A stretch of 64,000 bases of DNA, taken from assembly GCA_965267575.1 (NCBI GenBank), contig OZ254086.1:224001-288000 (forward strand), written 5' to 3'. Of the stretch, positions 38,323-50,192 are shown in pieces. Every line of letters begins with the position of its first letter. The stretch's first letter is position 1. The notes beneath the pieces are model-generated. The model was given only the letters and a program-made list of their open reading frames with translations, was not told the origin of the DNA and did not search any database. The translations under genes and the position numbers were made by a program. Source of the DNA: Calditrichales bacterium. Lineage in GTDB: Bacteria > Calditrichota > Calditrichia > Calditrichales > J004.

Positions 38323-40386
38323 CTACTCCTCCTCGTCCTTCGAAGCGGCGATGATCTTTTGGGCTACGTCGGACGGGACCTCCTCATAGTGCGAGAAAGC
38401 GCGTTTGTGAATCCCCCTGCCCTGCGTCATCGAGCGCAGCGTGGTGGAATACTTGTATAATTCCGCCAGCGGCACACTTGCCTTGATCACCTGGAACTTG
38501 CCGTCAGCGTCCATACCAAGAATCTTGCCGCGGCGTCCGCTGATATCGCCCATCACGTCACCCATGTATTCATCGGGCACACGCACTTCGATTTCATAGA
38601 TCGGCTCCAGCAGCATTGGTTTGGCCTGCTCAAAACATTTCTTAAAAGCCATCGACGCGGCCACCTTAAAGGCCATCTCGGAAGAATCCACGTTGTGATA
38701 GCTGCCGTCAAAGACTGTTGCCTTTAAATCCACGACAGGATATTTAGCAAGCACTCCCTTGTTCATCGTTTCAATAACGCCCTTTTCAACGGCGGGGATA
38801 AATTTATTTGGTATCACACCGCCCACAATACCATCAACAAACTCAAAACCTTCCCCGCGTCCCTTCGGTTCAATGCGCAGGTGACAGTCGCCGTACTGCC
38901 CGCGGCCGCCGGTCTGCTTCTTGTACTTGCCCTGCGCTTCGGCCTTGCCTTTGATTGTTTCACGGTAGGGGATGCGCGGTTCTTCTTCAATCACCTCTAC
39001 GCCAAAGCGCTGTTTCAGGCGGTTGAGAATAGTCACCAGGTGCAGCTCGCCCTGCCCGGAGATGATCGTCTGGTGCAGTTCAGCATCATTGGTATAAACA
39101 AAAGTGGGATCTTCCTGGTGCAGCGTGTGCAGACCCTGCGCGATCTTATCTTCATCACCCTTGGCCTTGGGCCGGATAGCTTCACGAATTTTTGGCTCCG
39201 GAAAATCGATCGGCGGGAATTCGATCTGGTTGCTTTTGGTGCAGAGGGAGTCACCTGTGTGCGTGGCTTTCATTTTTACCAGCGCGCCTATATCGCCGGC
39301 CATCAGCGTGTCCACAGGTGTTTTATTTTTGCCGTTAAGAACAAAAATACCGGCGATGCGCTCGGGGTGGTCGTCTGTGGCGTTATATGTTTCATCACCG
39401 TTCTTGATCTTCCCTGAGAAAACCTTTACAAAGGAGAGTTCGCCCACATGCTGCTCGCCCAACGTCTTAAAAATTAGCGCGGACATAGGGTCGTTGGCAT
39501 CTATTTCAATTTCCTTGCCATCCTTGGTTTTGTTCTTACCGTGTTCGTTTGGCGCGGGGCAGAAATTCAGGATCACGTCCAGCAGGCGCATCACGCCCAC
39601 GTTTGTTTGCGCCGATGTACAGAAAACGGGATAGACCAGGTCGTGGGCCATGGCTTCCTTCAAACCCTTGCGGAAATCGTCTTCATTCAGCCCGCTGTCG
39701 AAATATTTTTCCATTAAACTGTCGTCCGATTCCGCCACGGCCTCCACCAGCTTCAGGTGCAAATCGTCGGCTTGATCCTTCAGATCGGCAGGGATCTCTT
39801 CTTCGCTGAATTCGCCGCTGCCGTCGGTTTTAAACTTAAGCAGCTTCATGCGGATAAGGTCAACGACGCTGTCAAAACCTGGCCCGGGGTTCACCGGGAA
39901 CTGCGCCAGCACCACGCGGCGATCCAGGTCTTCCTGCAGATCGTTATAAATTTTGTCAAAATCCAGGTTTTCCTTGTCCAGCTTATTGATGATCAGCAGA
40001 CGCGGCACATCATTTTTCTCGGCTTCCTGCCAGACCATCTCCGTACCTACTTCCACCCCGGATGATGCGGAAACAACCAGAAACACCGTATCAACAGCGC
40101 GGATGGCGCCAACAACTTCACCGTAAAAATCGGAATAGCCCGGTGTGTCGATGAGATTTATCTTGTTCTCTTTGTAAACGCCATGCAGAAGTGAGGCATT
40201 GATGGAGATCTGGCGTTCGATCTCGTCCGCGTTGTAGTCGGACGTGGTGGAACCCTGCTCTATGCTGCCGATGCGCGTAATCTGTTTGAGGTTATACAGC
40301 ATAGCCTCGGCCAGGATGGTCTTACCCACACCTCCATGGCCACATACTCCTATATTTCTTATATGGTCCGTTTCAAAAACTTTCAC
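38323..40386 (-). CDS. fusA: Elongation factor G, probably an EF-G2-type paralog
   Basis: GHGGVGKT, DTPG, NKLD, KKQTGGRGQYG; switch I is RQISI rather than RGITI; not in an rpsL-rpsG-tuf operon. Confidence 0.88.
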   Translation of the reverse strand: MKVFETDHIRNIGVCGHGGVGKTILAEAMLYNLKQITRIGSIEQGSTTSDYNADEIERQISINASLLHGVYKENKINLIDTPGYSDFYGEVVGAIRAVDTVFLVVSASSGVEVGTEMVWQEAEKNDVPRLLIINKLDKENLDFDKIYNDLQEDLDRRVVLAQFPVNPGPGFDSVVDLIRMKLLKFKTDGSGEFSEEEIPADLKDQADDLHLKLVEAVAESDDSLMEKYFDSGLNEDDFRKGLKEAMAHDLVYPVFCTSAQTNVGVMRLLDVILNFCPAPNEHGKNKTKDGKEIEIDANDPMSALIFKTLGEQHVGELSFVKVFSGKIKNGDETYNATDDHPERIAGIFVLNGKNKTPVDTLMAGDIGALVKMKATHTGDSLCTKSNQIEFPPIDFPEPKIREAIRPKAKGDEDKIAQGLHTLHQEDPTFVYTNDAELHQTIISGQGELHLVTILNRLKQRFGVEVIEEEPRIPYRETIKGKAEAQGKYKKQTGGRGQYGDCHLRIEPKGRGEGFEFVDGIVGGVIPNKFIPAVEKGVIETMNKGVLAKYPVVDLKATVFDGSYHNVDSSEMAFKVAASMAFKKCFEQAKPMLLEPIYEIEVRVPDEYMGDVMGDISGRRGKILGMDADGKFQVIKASVPLAELYKYSTTLRSMTQGRGIHKRAFSHYEEVPSDVAQKIIAASKDEEE

Positions 40387-40517
40387 GGCACCCTCCTTAA
40401 AAGGTCACTATGGTTTTGGGATATAGTTGTTTGTCGGCTCGTCCATGTGTTAAATGGGGACTTGCAGTCTTTAAGATACTACTAAAATTAGTATTCTTTT
40501 TCAAGCAAAGCGGCATG

Positions 40518-41225
40518 CTAAAATCCACGTTTTGACAACTTGCCGAGATGTCTTTTTATCCAGCTGTTGGCCTGCTCCAGTTGCGGGAATCCGGCTTCGT
40601 CTTTGCGGAATTCCCGGCTGTGAATAACCCGCCTTTTACCGGGCCTTCGCGTAACCGGATGCACCATGTGCAGCATCTCGTGGTAAACGATGTATTCCAG
40701 CACATAGCGCGGTGTTTTGGGATTATCCAGGAGACGCGTAACAACAAGCAGGTCGCGCATGGCGTCATAAAAGCCCAGGCGGCGGTAGCTGTTCTGCAGG
40801 CTCCAGCCCAGTTGAGGCCTTTGCAGCCCGCCCTTAAAAAAGCGCTGGTTCATCGAATCAAACAATTCTGTCAGATGGTAATGCTTTCCTTCGGGCGTAT
40901 AGGCTTCCACGGAACGTTCCGCGGGAGGCGCCGCCTCAAGCTGTTCGGTGTCTACGTAACTGTGATACGTTTTCTGCAGGTGCGATTGCGCCCGGCGGTA
41001 AAAAAGCTTTTGCAGCAGGATATGTCCAAGGCATTCCAGAATGTGCGGAGGTGCCTGGGCCAGCAGATGGGAAAAGCGGATAAAAATAGTTTGCCCACGC
41101 AAACGGATGGTATGTTTTAATCCCTTGTACGGATAGAAAGAAGCCCGCAGACGCAAAGAGCGCGCGGGCTCATAATGCAGCATCAGCGGCTGAAGATGGC
41201 TGGTCAGCTGGCGTTCGTTCATCAT
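40518..41225 (-). CDS. SprT/DUF45-like zinc metallopeptidase
   Basis: PRYVLEYIVYHEMLH...HSREF. Confidence 0.8.
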   Translation of the reverse strand: MMNERQLTSHLQPLMLHYEPARSLRLRASFYPYKGLKHTIRLRGQTIFIRFSHLLAQAPPHILECLGHILLQKLFYRRAQSHLQKTYHSYVDTEQLEAAPPAERSVEAYTPEGKHYHLTELFDSMNQRFFKGGLQRPQLGWSLQNSYRRLGFYDAMRDLLVVTRLLDNPKTPRYVLEYIVYHEMLHMVHPVTRRPGKRRVIHSREFRKDEAGFPQLEQANSWIKRHLGKLSKRGF

Positions 41226-41902
41226 CAGATGCTGATATCTTCTCCCGGATCGACAACTTTTACTTCATAGCCCTGCAGATTTGCTTTTTGGGCAAATTCA
41301 GTAGGATCGGCTTTGATCAGGTCCCATGTGTTGTAGTGCATGGGGATGGCCAGTTTGGGCCTTACAAGATCAACGGCTTCCACGGCATCATCGATGCCCA
41401 TGGTAAAATTATCACCAATACACACCAGCATAACATCCACGCGGGCATGCTTGCCAATAAGCCCCATGTCGCTGAACAATGCGGTGTCACCGGTATGGTA
41501 GATTGTCTTGCCGCCTATTGTCAGCAAAATGCCGCCGGGCATGCCGCCATATTTGCCATCCGGAAAAGACGATCCGTGAAAGGCAGGCGTAAGCTTAACC
41601 GAGCCGAATGGAAAATCGTGTTTACCCCCAAGGTGCATCGGATGCACTTTACAATCTTTGGCGCCATAATGATTGGCTATTTCGAAGTTTGCGATAATGG
41701 TTGCGGAATTGGCTTTTGCAATGGGTTCGGCATCCGCGGTGTGGTCGCCGTGCGCGTGCGACAGTATAACAAAATCGGCCTTTATGTCTTTGGCCTTATG
41801 TCTGGCAACCGGATTGTCCGTCAGAAAAGGATCGATAACAATGCTGTGGCCTCCACCTTCAACCAACCAGCCGGATTGACCCAAAAAAGTAAGTTTAGAC
41901 AT
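41225..41902 (-). CDS. UPF0173 metallo-beta-lactamase-fold hydrolase
   Basis: IDPFLTDNP, SHAHGDH, YHTGDT, PMHYNTW. Confidence 0.9.
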   Translation of the reverse strand: MSKLTFLGQSGWLVEGGGHSIVIDPFLTDNPVARHKAKDIKADFVILSHAHGDHTADAEPIAKANSATIIANFEIANHYGAKDCKVHPMHLGGKHDFPFGSVKLTPAFHGSSFPDGKYGGMPGGILLTIGGKTIYHTGDTALFSDMGLIGKHARVDVMLVCIGDNFTMGIDDAVEAVDLVRPKLAIPMHYNTWDLIKADPTEFAQKANLQGYEVKVVDPGEDISI

Positions 41903-42121
41903 ATCATACCTCCTTTGCTTGGCGTTGAATAACTTAGTAATTATTCACGTACATGCAAAGCAAAACGGGGCCTTTTTACAAAGGATGATACACGTCCTGT
42001 TCCGGTAAAAAAAGCGGTGGATTTTTTATCACATCAAAGCAACCGGGGTACTGCGGAACGTTCTGGTAAAAAAGAAACAGGGGGACAAAAAAGGCGGTCG
42101 TGCGAAAGACGATAATCCGAG

Positions 42122-42153
42122 AACAAGACATCACGACCCCAAGACTTCAAGAC
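42122..42153. repeat. Degenerate octamer array (nnCAAGAC x4)
   Basis: aacaagac atcacgac cccaagac ttcaagac; same family as 10445. Confidence 0.65.
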
Positions 42154-42161
42154 GGGACCTA

Positions 42162-45100
42162 TTAACTAAACTGCAGCAAGTCTTTTTTGTTAAGCTCTTT
42201 GGCAATGGCTTTGAACAACTCTTCTTTCTGGATGGGCTTGGACACGTATCCTTCCATTCCGGCGCTTAGACAACGCTCCTTGTCGCCTTTCATAGCGTGG
42301 GCGGTCATAGCGATGATGGGAATATGTCCACCGTTTTCCTTCTCGTGTGCACGGATCGCGCGGGTAGCTTCCAGGCCGTCCATTTCCGGCATCTGAATAT
42401 CCATCAGGATCAGATCATAAAGCCCGGTTTTGGCATGCTGCAGCGCTTTGCGGCCATCCGGCACATGCGTAACATCGGCGTTGATTTTTTCAAGCAGGCG
42501 CAGGGCAAGCTTACGGTTAATCGGGTTGTCTTCTGCCAGTAGTATCCTGGCCCTTTCGCTGATCTCACCGGGTTCAACTTTCTCGGCTTCTTTTTCGGGG
42601 CGCTCCGTCTGTTCAGGTATGTCGAGGGCCAGACTGAAATAGAAACGGCTTCCCTTTTTATCCTCGCTGTCCAGCTCGATTTTTCCACCCATTAAAGAGA
42701 CAAGCTGCGATGAAATGGTTAAACCAAGACCCGTGCCGCCGTAGCGCCGTGTCGTGGAATCATCCGCCTGGCGGAATGCTTCAAATATCACTTTGCGCTT
42801 TTCGGGCGGTATACCCGGGCCCGTGTCCGAAACGCTGAATGATACAACGGCCTGATCGCCGCGCTGCTTTTCGACGCCTATTTCAAGCCGCACCTCGCCG
42901 GTAGGCGGCGTAAACTTGATGGCGTTGTTGGTCAGGTTTATAAGCACCTGGCGCAGGCGCGTGGGATCGCCTGTAAGAAAACGCGGCAACCCGGGATCAC
43001 TGTTAATGCGGAAGTGGACGTTTCTATCGCTGGCCATTGTGGTCATTATTTTGCCTAATTGGCTAACCAGGACATGGGCGTCAAAATCAATCGACTCGAT
43101 CTGGATATTACCGGCTTCAATCTTGGAGAAGTCCAGAATTTCGTTAATTACTTTAAGCAGGGCTTCCCCGGAAGCTTTAACCGTGGCAATATAATCGCGC
43201 TGTGCATCATCCAGGTCGGTTTCCAGTGCCAGCTCAGTCATGCCTATTACGGCATTCATCGGCGTGCGGATCTCATGGCTCATATTGGCCAGGAACTGCG
43301 ATTTGGATTTGCTGGCCTGTTCCGCCTCTTCCTTCGCTACCTTCAGCTGCTCCTGCGTAAGAATATTTTCGGTAATATCAAGTGCTACGGCTATTACGCT
43401 TTTAAATTTTTTAAATCCGTCAAACTGCGGATAAAACCATACTTTAAAAAAACTTCTGTCCAGCGGGCATACGCAACTGAACGATTCCTGCAGCAGGGAC
43501 CGGTTCACATAATGCTGCAGCTCGGGCCAGTGCCTGGTAACGTCAAAAATGTTTTTTCCTGCCAGCTTATCGGTATCAATATCGGAAACGTTTTTTACGG
43601 CGCTGCCTTCGGAAAGCGTTATCCAGCCTGTTCTGGTATAGGAGATAACATAAACCGGGGCAGCCTCCAGGACGGTATTAAGGTTTGTCTCCGTGGATTT
43701 CAAAGCAGTCTTCGCTTCACTGTGACCGCGGCTTTCCTGCACCAGCCTGTAAATGGTAAAGCCAATCGTTGAAGCCACAAAGACATAGACAAAAAAGGCC
43801 CACCAGGTTCGGTAAAACGGCACCAATATCGTAAACGATACATGCGCCGGTGTGCTCCAGTGCTTGCCGGGCTCCTTGGCCCGCACCTGCCAGGTGTATT
43901 CGCCCGGTGACAAGCCGGAAAGTATATAGTGGCTTTCCCTCTTCAGATCGGTCCACTGCTCATCGTGGCCATTAAGGCGCGACTGGTAGGTAATCTTATC
44001 AGCGGGAAAACTGAGGGCTCCATATTTCAGCAAAATGACAGCATCATAGGGCAACACCATTTTATCACTGCGCCATGCGGCCGAAACGCTTTCCACCTCC
44101 ATTTCGAGAATCGTAGGAGAAACCGTGCGTCCGGCATCGAAAATATCTTCAACCTGGGCATAGATTCCGTCGAAGGCGCCAATAATCAGCCTGTCGTCCA
44201 GCATCTCGGCGGAGCGAAAAGGAAAGGTAAGATTTCCCAGCCCGTTCTGACTCTCATAACGGACCAGCTCGCCATTCTGATATTGAAAAAGGCCATAATC
44301 CGTCCCGATCCAGACACCGCTTTTTTCGCTCAGGGTAATGGATTTGCCGACGTTCTTGCCACCCAGCGATATTACGCTAAGCTTTTCATTGTCATGGCGC
44401 AGCAAGCCTTTGTCGGAGGCAATCCAGACGACGCCCTTGCCATCCACGGCAAGGTCATAGGTTTTCAAGGTGCCAAATTCAGCAATCGGATAGCTGATAT
44501 TTACAAAGCGCTCCTTTTCCGGGTCATAACGAAGAAGATAATTCGAGTCGTTTCCGCTGGCATAAAGCGCGCCATCCGGTGCCTGCTTTATCGCGTTTAG
44601 CTCGCTGCGTACCCCCCTGCTGGAATCATACCGGACTGTCTGCCCGTCCGGCATAATTTTAAAGGCGCATTGCAGGTCGTTTACAAGCACCCACATATTT
44701 TTATCGCGGTCGCTAAACAGATCAAAAATGGAATGATAGTTGGTCAGGTTTTGCGTCGAGACGCGTCCGCGATGGACACGGGTGAGCGAGCCTTCTATGT
44801 GCCCCAGGTAAAGCGTTTCGTCAACGGCGGAAAGCGCCGCGATTGTTGATGGGCAATTTTCGTAGACCGTTTCATATCGAAAGCCGTTTTTACTTTGGAT
44901 TATTTTATAGACATTCGATCCGTCGGTGGCGTAGATGCTGCCATCGCTGCCGCGGGTCAGGTTCTTTATGGCAAAATTGCTGAATCTGATCACCGGCTCA
45001 AAAAGCGGGTTATACAATACGGCAATGCCCTGGTCGCTGCACAGCCAATTGCGTCCATCCACCGGCGCGCTTATGTCGTTTATTACTTTTAACTCCACGT

Positions 45101-45962
45101 TTTCCACATGCTGCAAATCCAGGCTCTGCGGATAGGCCATTTCAAAAAGTCCGTCACCTCCCGTTCCGATAAGCAGCTGCCCCTCCGCGCCTTTTTGCAA
45201 TACCTGCACACGCGCCATAGAGGCGATCCTACTGTAAACCGCTTCCCCCTTTTTAATCTTCAGCCTGTAAATACCATCCGCGCCGCCCACCAGCCATTCA
45301 TCATCGCCGGTATTTAAAACGGTTTCTATGGTCGGAGAACTTTTCGTTCCGCCCGGACGCACTTCGACGAAGCGGTCCTGGCGGCTGTCATATTTTAAAA
45401 TCTGGCCGGGCTGAGCAAGCAAAAACAAACCGCCCGCGCTGCTTTCAATCAGATGAAACGAACTGAGATAACCGCGTGTGGAGTACGATGCATCAAACAG
45501 GTAACGCTTGAGCGTTGTGCCGTCATAGCAAGAAACGGAGCGCGGCTCACTTATCCAAAGACGACCGGCCCGGTCTGTAAAAACATCTTTCGGGTAATGC
45601 ACTTTGTCCTGAGTCATCTCCTGCGCGGCCACAAGAAACGGTTTTATCTGCGGATTGTTTACGTGGGGTTTTATCCTGGAAAGACCAAGGTCGGTAACAA
45701 CGATCAGACTGCCGTCATCGGCAGGAACGATCTTTTTAACATAATTGCTGTGCAGGCTGTCGCTGAAATCGCGAAAAGTTTGTCCGTCATAACGCACCAG
45801 CCCGGCATCGGTCGCAATCCAGATAAAGCCGAGGGAGTCCTGATAAGCCGCTTTGACGAGATTGGTGGGGAGACCGTCTTCAAAAAGATACGTGCGGCTT
45901 TTATACTGATGACCCGACGAATATGCGATCAATATCAATAATAGAATGAGGATGTGTCGCAT
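42162..45962 (-). CDS. Hybrid sensor histidine kinase (periplasmic propellers, YYY, TM, PAS, HisKA, HATPase, REC)
   Basis: [11 protein letters not shown] propeller repeats, [47 protein letters not shown]. Confidence 0.93.
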   Translation of the reverse strand: MRHILILLLILIAYSSGHQYKSRTYLFEDGLPTNLVKAAYQDSLGFIWIATDAGLVRYDGQTFRDFSDSLHSNYVKKIVPADDGSLIVVTDLGLSRIKPHVNNPQIKPFLVAAQEMTQDKVHYPKDVFTDRAGRLWISEPRSVSCYDGTTLKRYLFDASYSTRGYLSSFHLIESSAGGLFLLAQPGQILKYDSRQDRFVEVRPGGTKSSPTIETVLNTGDDEWLVGGADGIYRLKIKKGEAVYSRIASMARVQVLQKGAEGQLLIGTGGDGLFEMAYPQSLDLQHVENVELKVINDISAPVDGRNWLCSDQGIAVLYNPLFEPVIRFSNFAIKNLTRGSDGSIYATDGSNVYKIIQSKNGFRYETVYENCPSTIAALSAVDETLYLGHIEGSLTRVHRGRVSTQNLTNYHSIFDLFSDRDKNMWVLVNDLQCAFKIMPDGQTVRYDSSRGVRSELNAIKQAPDGALYASGNDSNYLLRYDPEKERFVNISYPIAEFGTLKTYDLAVDGKGVVWIASDKGLLRHDNEKLSVISLGGKNVGKSITLSEKSGVWIGTDYGLFQYQNGELVRYESQNGLGNLTFPFRSAEMLDDRLIIGAFDGIYAQVEDIFDAGRTVSPTILEMEVESVSAAWRSDKMVLPYDAVILLKYGALSFPADKITYQSRLNGHDEQWTDLKRESHYILSGLSPGEYTWQVRAKEPGKHWSTPAHVSFTILVPFYRTWWAFFVYVFVASTIGFTIYRLVQESRGHSEAKTALKSTETNLNTVLEAAPVYVISYTRTGWITLSEGSAVKNVSDIDTDKLAGKNIFDVTRHWPELQHYVNRSLLQESFSCVCPLDRSFFKVWFYPQFDGFKKFKSVIAVALDITENILTQEQLKVAKEEAEQASKSKSQFLANMSHEIRTPMNAVIGMTELALETDLDDAQRDYIATVKASGEALLKVINEILDFSKIEAGNIQIESIDFDAHVLVSQLGKIMTTMASDRNVHFRINSDPGLPRFLTGDPTRLRQVLINLTNNAIKFTPPTGEVRLEIGVEKQRGDQAVVSFSVSDTGPGIPPEKRKVIFEAFRQADDSTTRRYGGTGLGLTISSQLVSLMGGKIELDSEDKKGSRFYFSLALDIPEQTERPEKEAEKVEPGEISERARILLAEDNPINRKLALRLLEKINADVTHVPDGRKALQHAKTGLYDLILMDIQMPEMDGLEATRAIRAHEKENGGHIPIIAMTAHAMKGDKERCLSAGMEGYVSKPIQKEELFKAIAKELNKKDLLQFS

Positions 45963-46054
45963 AGATTTTTGCTTGTTACGTTTCAATAAACTTAAAATCG
46001 GTGGGGAAGCTTATAACTGTATAATAAAGTAGCCTTCGGCAAGATTTTGGGCAT

Positions 46055-46084
46055 AAAAAAACGGGCGCCGGAAACGACGCCCGC
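46055..46084 (-). terminator. Intrinsic terminator
   Basis: CGGGCG...CGCCCG stem next to an A run, downstream of the lipoprotein gene. Confidence 0.7.
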
Positions 46085-46126
46085 TGAACCCCGGAGGTTG
46101 GTGCGTGCTCTGGGGTGGGGGGTAGG

Positions 46127-47806
46127 TTATTTCAAGGCCCAAATAGCCTCGTAATCGGCATCCCGTTCCATCTCGGCCATCTTATCAAAGCCTGTTTGCA
46201 GCGCCATCATCAGGTCATCTTTGCGAATGATTTCCGGCAATACATCCATCACATGGTCGGCGTTCATCTTAGCCTCTTCCAGTTCCACGCCGTTGCCAAA
46301 AATTACGCCCTGCGTATAAATCGTCGGGCCCTGGATATAGCCGTTGGGCGGCCCGGAAATGCGGATGCTCATACGGGGCGACAAAGTGAACTCTTCCCAG
46401 GGCATCTCCAGATCGATCGTCACGGCGATAATACCGTCCACACCCAGCTCGCGTATCAGCCGGCTGTCGATACGGTCGGAGGCGTAGGTGGAGGAAATGT
46501 TGTTCATGATTGCACTCATCGTCGTAGGGATAAGATTGCGCGTGCCTTTGTAGCTCTTTTCAACTTCCACGACTGTAATGTTGTCATCGATCGGCTCCAG
46601 GTCGCTGTAGGATTGTGCCTGCAATACCTGCTCCACCGGGATCAAATCGATGTTGTAATTGTCCAGCAGCGTTTTCTCAAAATCGGCATAGAGAGAATTC
46701 ACCAGCTCTTCCCAGTATGAATCGGGCAGCTTGGGAAATTGACGCGTTTGGGTCGTGGTGGTTGTGGTGGTTACCCGCGTGTTGCCATAAGTTGCTTCGG
46801 ATGTGCTGGTGGACGAGCGCGATTGCTTCAGTTTTGTGGCACGCACGGTAAAAGAAACCATCGCAAACTTTTTGCCGCTGGAGAAAGGGCGCCCCAAGAA
46901 GGCGTTGGGCTTATTCATGTCGATTGTCAGTTTGCCCCGTTCGTTTTCGATCTCTTCATTCACGCGGATACCGCTGTTTGCGATCGTCCCAACCCAGGAT
47001 TCTTCCGCTTCACCGGAAATATTGACCGGTACGCAATCCATTGACTGGGCGATAACCTGCGCCGCGCCGACGCCTTCCACATTATAGGGCGCCAGTTCAA
47101 AGCGCTCCACTAGCAGATAGTTTTCACCGTCGTTGGGCGATACCGCCGTACCCGGATTACGGAATACAGCGGCAGGAATTGTAATATCATCCGCCGAACG
47201 GAATACGCCGACTTCCTGGAAACTGCGCGTACCCATGATGTCGCTCAGAAAGGCAACGCGGAACTCCGTATTTTCGCTGCCCTGCGGATTATTGATTTTT
47301 AATTGCAGGTCCTGTTCAAGATTCACTTCCCCGCCACGCTCCGTTCCGTTGACTTCGGCAATCTCAATGGGATGGGTCGGTGCCACTGTAAATTCCGCCC
47401 GCTGTCCGCTGGTTGTTTCCACAACAATCTTTTTGGGAGACAGGTCTTCGGCTTCGATGATTTTGCCGTAGAAGCCATTGGCGGTATGCGGGACCTCTTC
47501 GCCATCGATGAACACCTTGCCATCAATGCTGTACATGCCGATGCCTTCACGCTTCTGGAAGTTTATAACCACCATATTACCGCCTTCCGGCCACATATCC
47601 TTCAGGTACTTCACTTCGGTGGTTTGCGTCGCGGCCGGATAAAGATTGCGAATAAAGCGCACCTGAACGGCGGCCGTCGACAGATCGTTTGTCTTTTGCG
47701 TCATCATTTTAGCCACCATAGAGCCAACGGCCACGCAGCCGCTGATAAACAGCAGGGCCAGCAAGGCGGTAAGAACCCGGCTTATGGCTAAAGATTTACG
47801 AAACAT
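46127..47806 (-). CDS. Lipoprotein of unknown function
   Basis: AGGAGGT RBS, ATG 47806, lipobox ISGC. Confidence 0.8.
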   Translation of the reverse strand: MFRKSLAISRVLTALLALLFISGCVAVGSMVAKMMTQKTNDLSTAAVQVRFIRNLYPAATQTTEVKYLKDMWPEGGNMVVINFQKREGIGMYSIDGKVFIDGEEVPHTANGFYGKIIEAEDLSPKKIVVETTSGQRAEFTVAPTHPIEIAEVNGTERGGEVNLEQDLQLKINNPQGSENTEFRVAFLSDIMGTRSFQEVGVFRSADDITIPAAVFRNPGTAVSPNDGENYLLVERFELAPYNVEGVGAAQVIAQSMDCVPVNISGEAEESWVGTIANSGIRVNEEIENERGKLTIDMNKPNAFLGRPFSSGKKFAMVSFTVRATKLKQSRSSTSTSEATYGNTRVTTTTTTTQTRQFPKLPDSYWEELVNSLYADFEKTLLDNYNIDLIPVEQVLQAQSYSDLEPIDDNITVVEVEKSYKGTRNLIPTTMSAIMNNISSTYASDRIDSRLIRELGVDGIIAVTIDLEMPWEEFTLSPRMSIRISGPPNGYIQGPTIYTQGVIFGNGVELEEAKMNADHVMDVLPEIIRKDDLMMALQTGFDKMAEMERDADYEAIWALK

Positions 47807-47814
47807 AATACCTC

Positions 47815-48009
47815 CTATTTGGATGAAGACTTTAATGAAAGAAAATCCGTGCTGGACAGAATAAATGAGACCGTAACTTTTTTGCATATCCGCAGGGCTG
47901 TTTCACGATCCATGGCCGTCATGATATTGTAACCTTCGCGTGACAGGATTTCGCGCAGCCGTCTGAGCTCTTCGGTATCATTGTCCACAATCAGAATGTG
48001 TTTTTGCAT
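47815..48009 (-). CDS. Truncated receiver-domain protein (64 aa)
   Basis: ILIVDNDTEELRRLREILSREGYNIMTA matches the REC N-terminal half; RBS-like GAGG upstream. Confidence 0.6.
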   Translation of the reverse strand: MQKHILIVDNDTEELRRLREILSREGYNIMTAMDRETALRICKKVTVSFILSSTDFLSLKSSSK

Positions 48010-48040
48010 GTCCGTCAGCCTCTGTTTTAGCTCTATTTAC

Positions 48041-48055
48041 ACAAAGGCCGTGCCA
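48041..48055 (-). promoter_or_regulatory. Putative sigma-54 -24/-12 promoter
   Basis: Minus strand TGGCACGGCCTTTGT versus consensus TGGCACNNNNTTGC (GT at -12); immediately downstream of a bEBP gene. Confidence 0.6.
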
Positions 48056-48120
48056 CACATATCCCGGGAGGTCTAATCACATATAAAACAAAGACTTAGA
48101 AAAAAGAATAGAAACAGGTT

Positions 48121-48173
48121 TGTTGGTAAAAGGCAACATTTAGGGTAAAGCGGTTGTCGCGTGGCTGCGACAA
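48121..48173. promoter_or_regulatory. Two palindromic candidate enhancer sites
   Basis: TGTTG-N8-CAACA (48121-48138) and TTGTCGC-N6-GCGACAA (48154-48173), upstream of the sigma-54 motif. Confidence 0.55.
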
Positions 48174-48181
48174 TCTTTGCA

Positions 48182-49930
48182 TCACGCGTCAATGTTAAGT
48201 TGCGAAAGAATACGGTAAAAATGCGTTCGGTTTATGCCCAGCTTTTTAGCCGCTTCGGCTTTGGAACCGGTTTCACGCATGGTACGCAGAATGTACATCC
48301 GGCGGAATTCGGCCTCGGCCTCGGAGAGCGTGCTGCCCACATCCACCATGGGCTTTTCTTCGGTATGGCGGTGCAACTCCTCGGGCAGGTCATCGGCTTC
48401 GATCGTCTTGCCGTTTGCCAAAACAATGCCGCGCAGAATAACATTTTCCAGCTCGCGGATGTTGCCCGGCCAGTCGTACTCCTCGAGGATCATCATCGCC
48501 GCCGGAGAAATATCCATCTGCTGGTCTTCCGTTGCGTGCCTGGAAAGGAAGTAGCGTGTAAGCTCTTCGATATCCTCTTTGCGGTCACGCAGAGCGGGCA
48601 TCGTCAACTGCACAACCTTGAGCCTGTAATACAGGTCTTCGCGGAACTGGCCGTCTTTGATAAGTTGCTTGAGATTGCGGTTTGTGGCGCAGATAACACG
48701 CACGTCAATCTTTTGCGGTTTTACTCCCCCCAGCCTCTCGATCTCGCGGGTCTGCAGCACACGCAGGAGCTTGGCCTGCAGGTTTATGCTCATATCACCA
48801 ATTTCATCAAGAAAAATGGTTCCGCCGTCGGCCAGTTCAAATTTGCCGGGTTTTGATTTGGTGGCGCCGGTAAAAGCGCCGCTTTCATAGCCAAATAGTT
48901 CGCTTTCCAGCAAATCTTTCGGAATAGCCGAGCAGTTGATCGCCACAAAAGGACCTTCGGCGCGGCGGCTGTTCTCATGGATGGCGTGTGCCAGCAGCTC
49001 TTTGCCCGTGCCGTTTTCGCCAAGCAATACCACCGACGCCGGCGTGGGGGCAATCTTGGCGGCAACTTTTAATACTTCAAACAATTTGCGGCTGTTACCG
49101 ACAATATTATCACAATCAAATTTTTTGCGCAGATCGTCAATGCTTTCAACGGCTTCGTCAAGCAGGCGCTGTTCCAGTGTATCTATTTCGCGACTGATGC
49201 GAATACCGTTTACAATCTGCCGGGCAAAGGATAGAAGGAAGGTCAGGTCGGCTTCGCAGAACGATTTTTCGCTGCGCGCGCGGCGGTCAATATAAACGGC
49301 GCCCAACACGGTTTTGTCCAGGATAAGCGGTACGCACAATACCGAGTTTATGCCCAGGCGAATGATACTCTGCGCCTTCAGCAAGTCGATCGAAGAGTCG
49401 GACTTGCCGCTGCTTTTATGCAGCTGAATAGTTTTGTTCTTAGAGACGGCATCGCGGATCACGGAGGTGCTCATCTCGCGGGCGCTTTCATCTTCGCCGG
49501 GGTCAATATTGCGGCTGATTGTATGGGTCGGCTTGCCGGCGGCATCACAGAGCACGATAAAACCCGCATCAGCATCCAGCTCACGCACGATAATCGAAAT
49601 AGCCTTCTCCATCAGGCTGTGCATTTCCGTCTGCGACGCAAAAACTATTCCCGATGTATAGAGAACTTCCAGTCGTCTTTTTTCCTCGCGCAGGTTGCGG
49701 CAGGCCTTTTCGCTATCCTCTATTGTTTTGATCACGTTGCGCGTTTCGGCGCTTATCTCGCGGCTGATTTTTAACCACTGCTTAAACAGTGCGGAGAGCT
49801 GCTTGCCGGCTTCCGCCGATATTTTTTCTGATGAAAGCTGTGCCTGGAGCTCGCTGAACATGCCGGAGAAGTCGCTCATACCGCGCGACAGCAAATCGTT
49901 CAGCCGTTGTTTTATTTCTTCGGTAGTCAA
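48182..49930 (-). CDS. Sigma-54-dependent activator (GAF, AAA+, Fis HTH)
   Basis: GENGTGKE, ESELFGYESGAFTGA, FLDEIG, WPGNIREL, AAKKLGINR. Confidence 0.95.
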   Translation of the reverse strand: MTTEEIKQRLNDLLSRGMSDFSGMFSELQAQLSSEKISAEAGKQLSALFKQWLKISREISAETRNVIKTIEDSEKACRNLREEKRRLEVLYTSGIVFASQTEMHSLMEKAISIIVRELDADAGFIVLCDAAGKPTHTISRNIDPGEDESAREMSTSVIRDAVSKNKTIQLHKSSGKSDSSIDLLKAQSIIRLGINSVLCVPLILDKTVLGAVYIDRRARSEKSFCEADLTFLLSFARQIVNGIRISREIDTLEQRLLDEAVESIDDLRKKFDCDNIVGNSRKLFEVLKVAAKIAPTPASVVLLGENGTGKELLAHAIHENSRRAEGPFVAINCSAIPKDLLESELFGYESGAFTGATKSKPGKFELADGGTIFLDEIGDMSINLQAKLLRVLQTREIERLGGVKPQKIDVRVICATNRNLKQLIKDGQFREDLYYRLKVVQLTMPALRDRKEDIEELTRYFLSRHATEDQQMDISPAAMMILEEYDWPGNIRELENVILRGIVLANGKTIEADDLPEELHRHTEEKPMVDVGSTLSEAEAEFRRMYILRTMRETGSKAEAAKKLGINRTHFYRILSQLNIDA

Positions 49931-50192
49931 TTTTCCCCTCTGAAGATGTCTTCACTTACCCCTGTGCCGACATATATACAATTGTTAATAATAGCCAATT
50001 GACAACTTTCGCACAATTTTTAGTATCTTTTTGCGTAACCTTCGCGCCCATGAGCGATTAACCGGTCTAAATGGGCAGCAGGTGAAATTGCCCGTAACAG
50101 CAATCTTGCATAACTTTATATTTATGAGTGCAAACAAAAAATCCGTATCCTTACCCGAGACAGACATGAGCTCCAAAAAAGAGGACAATACC

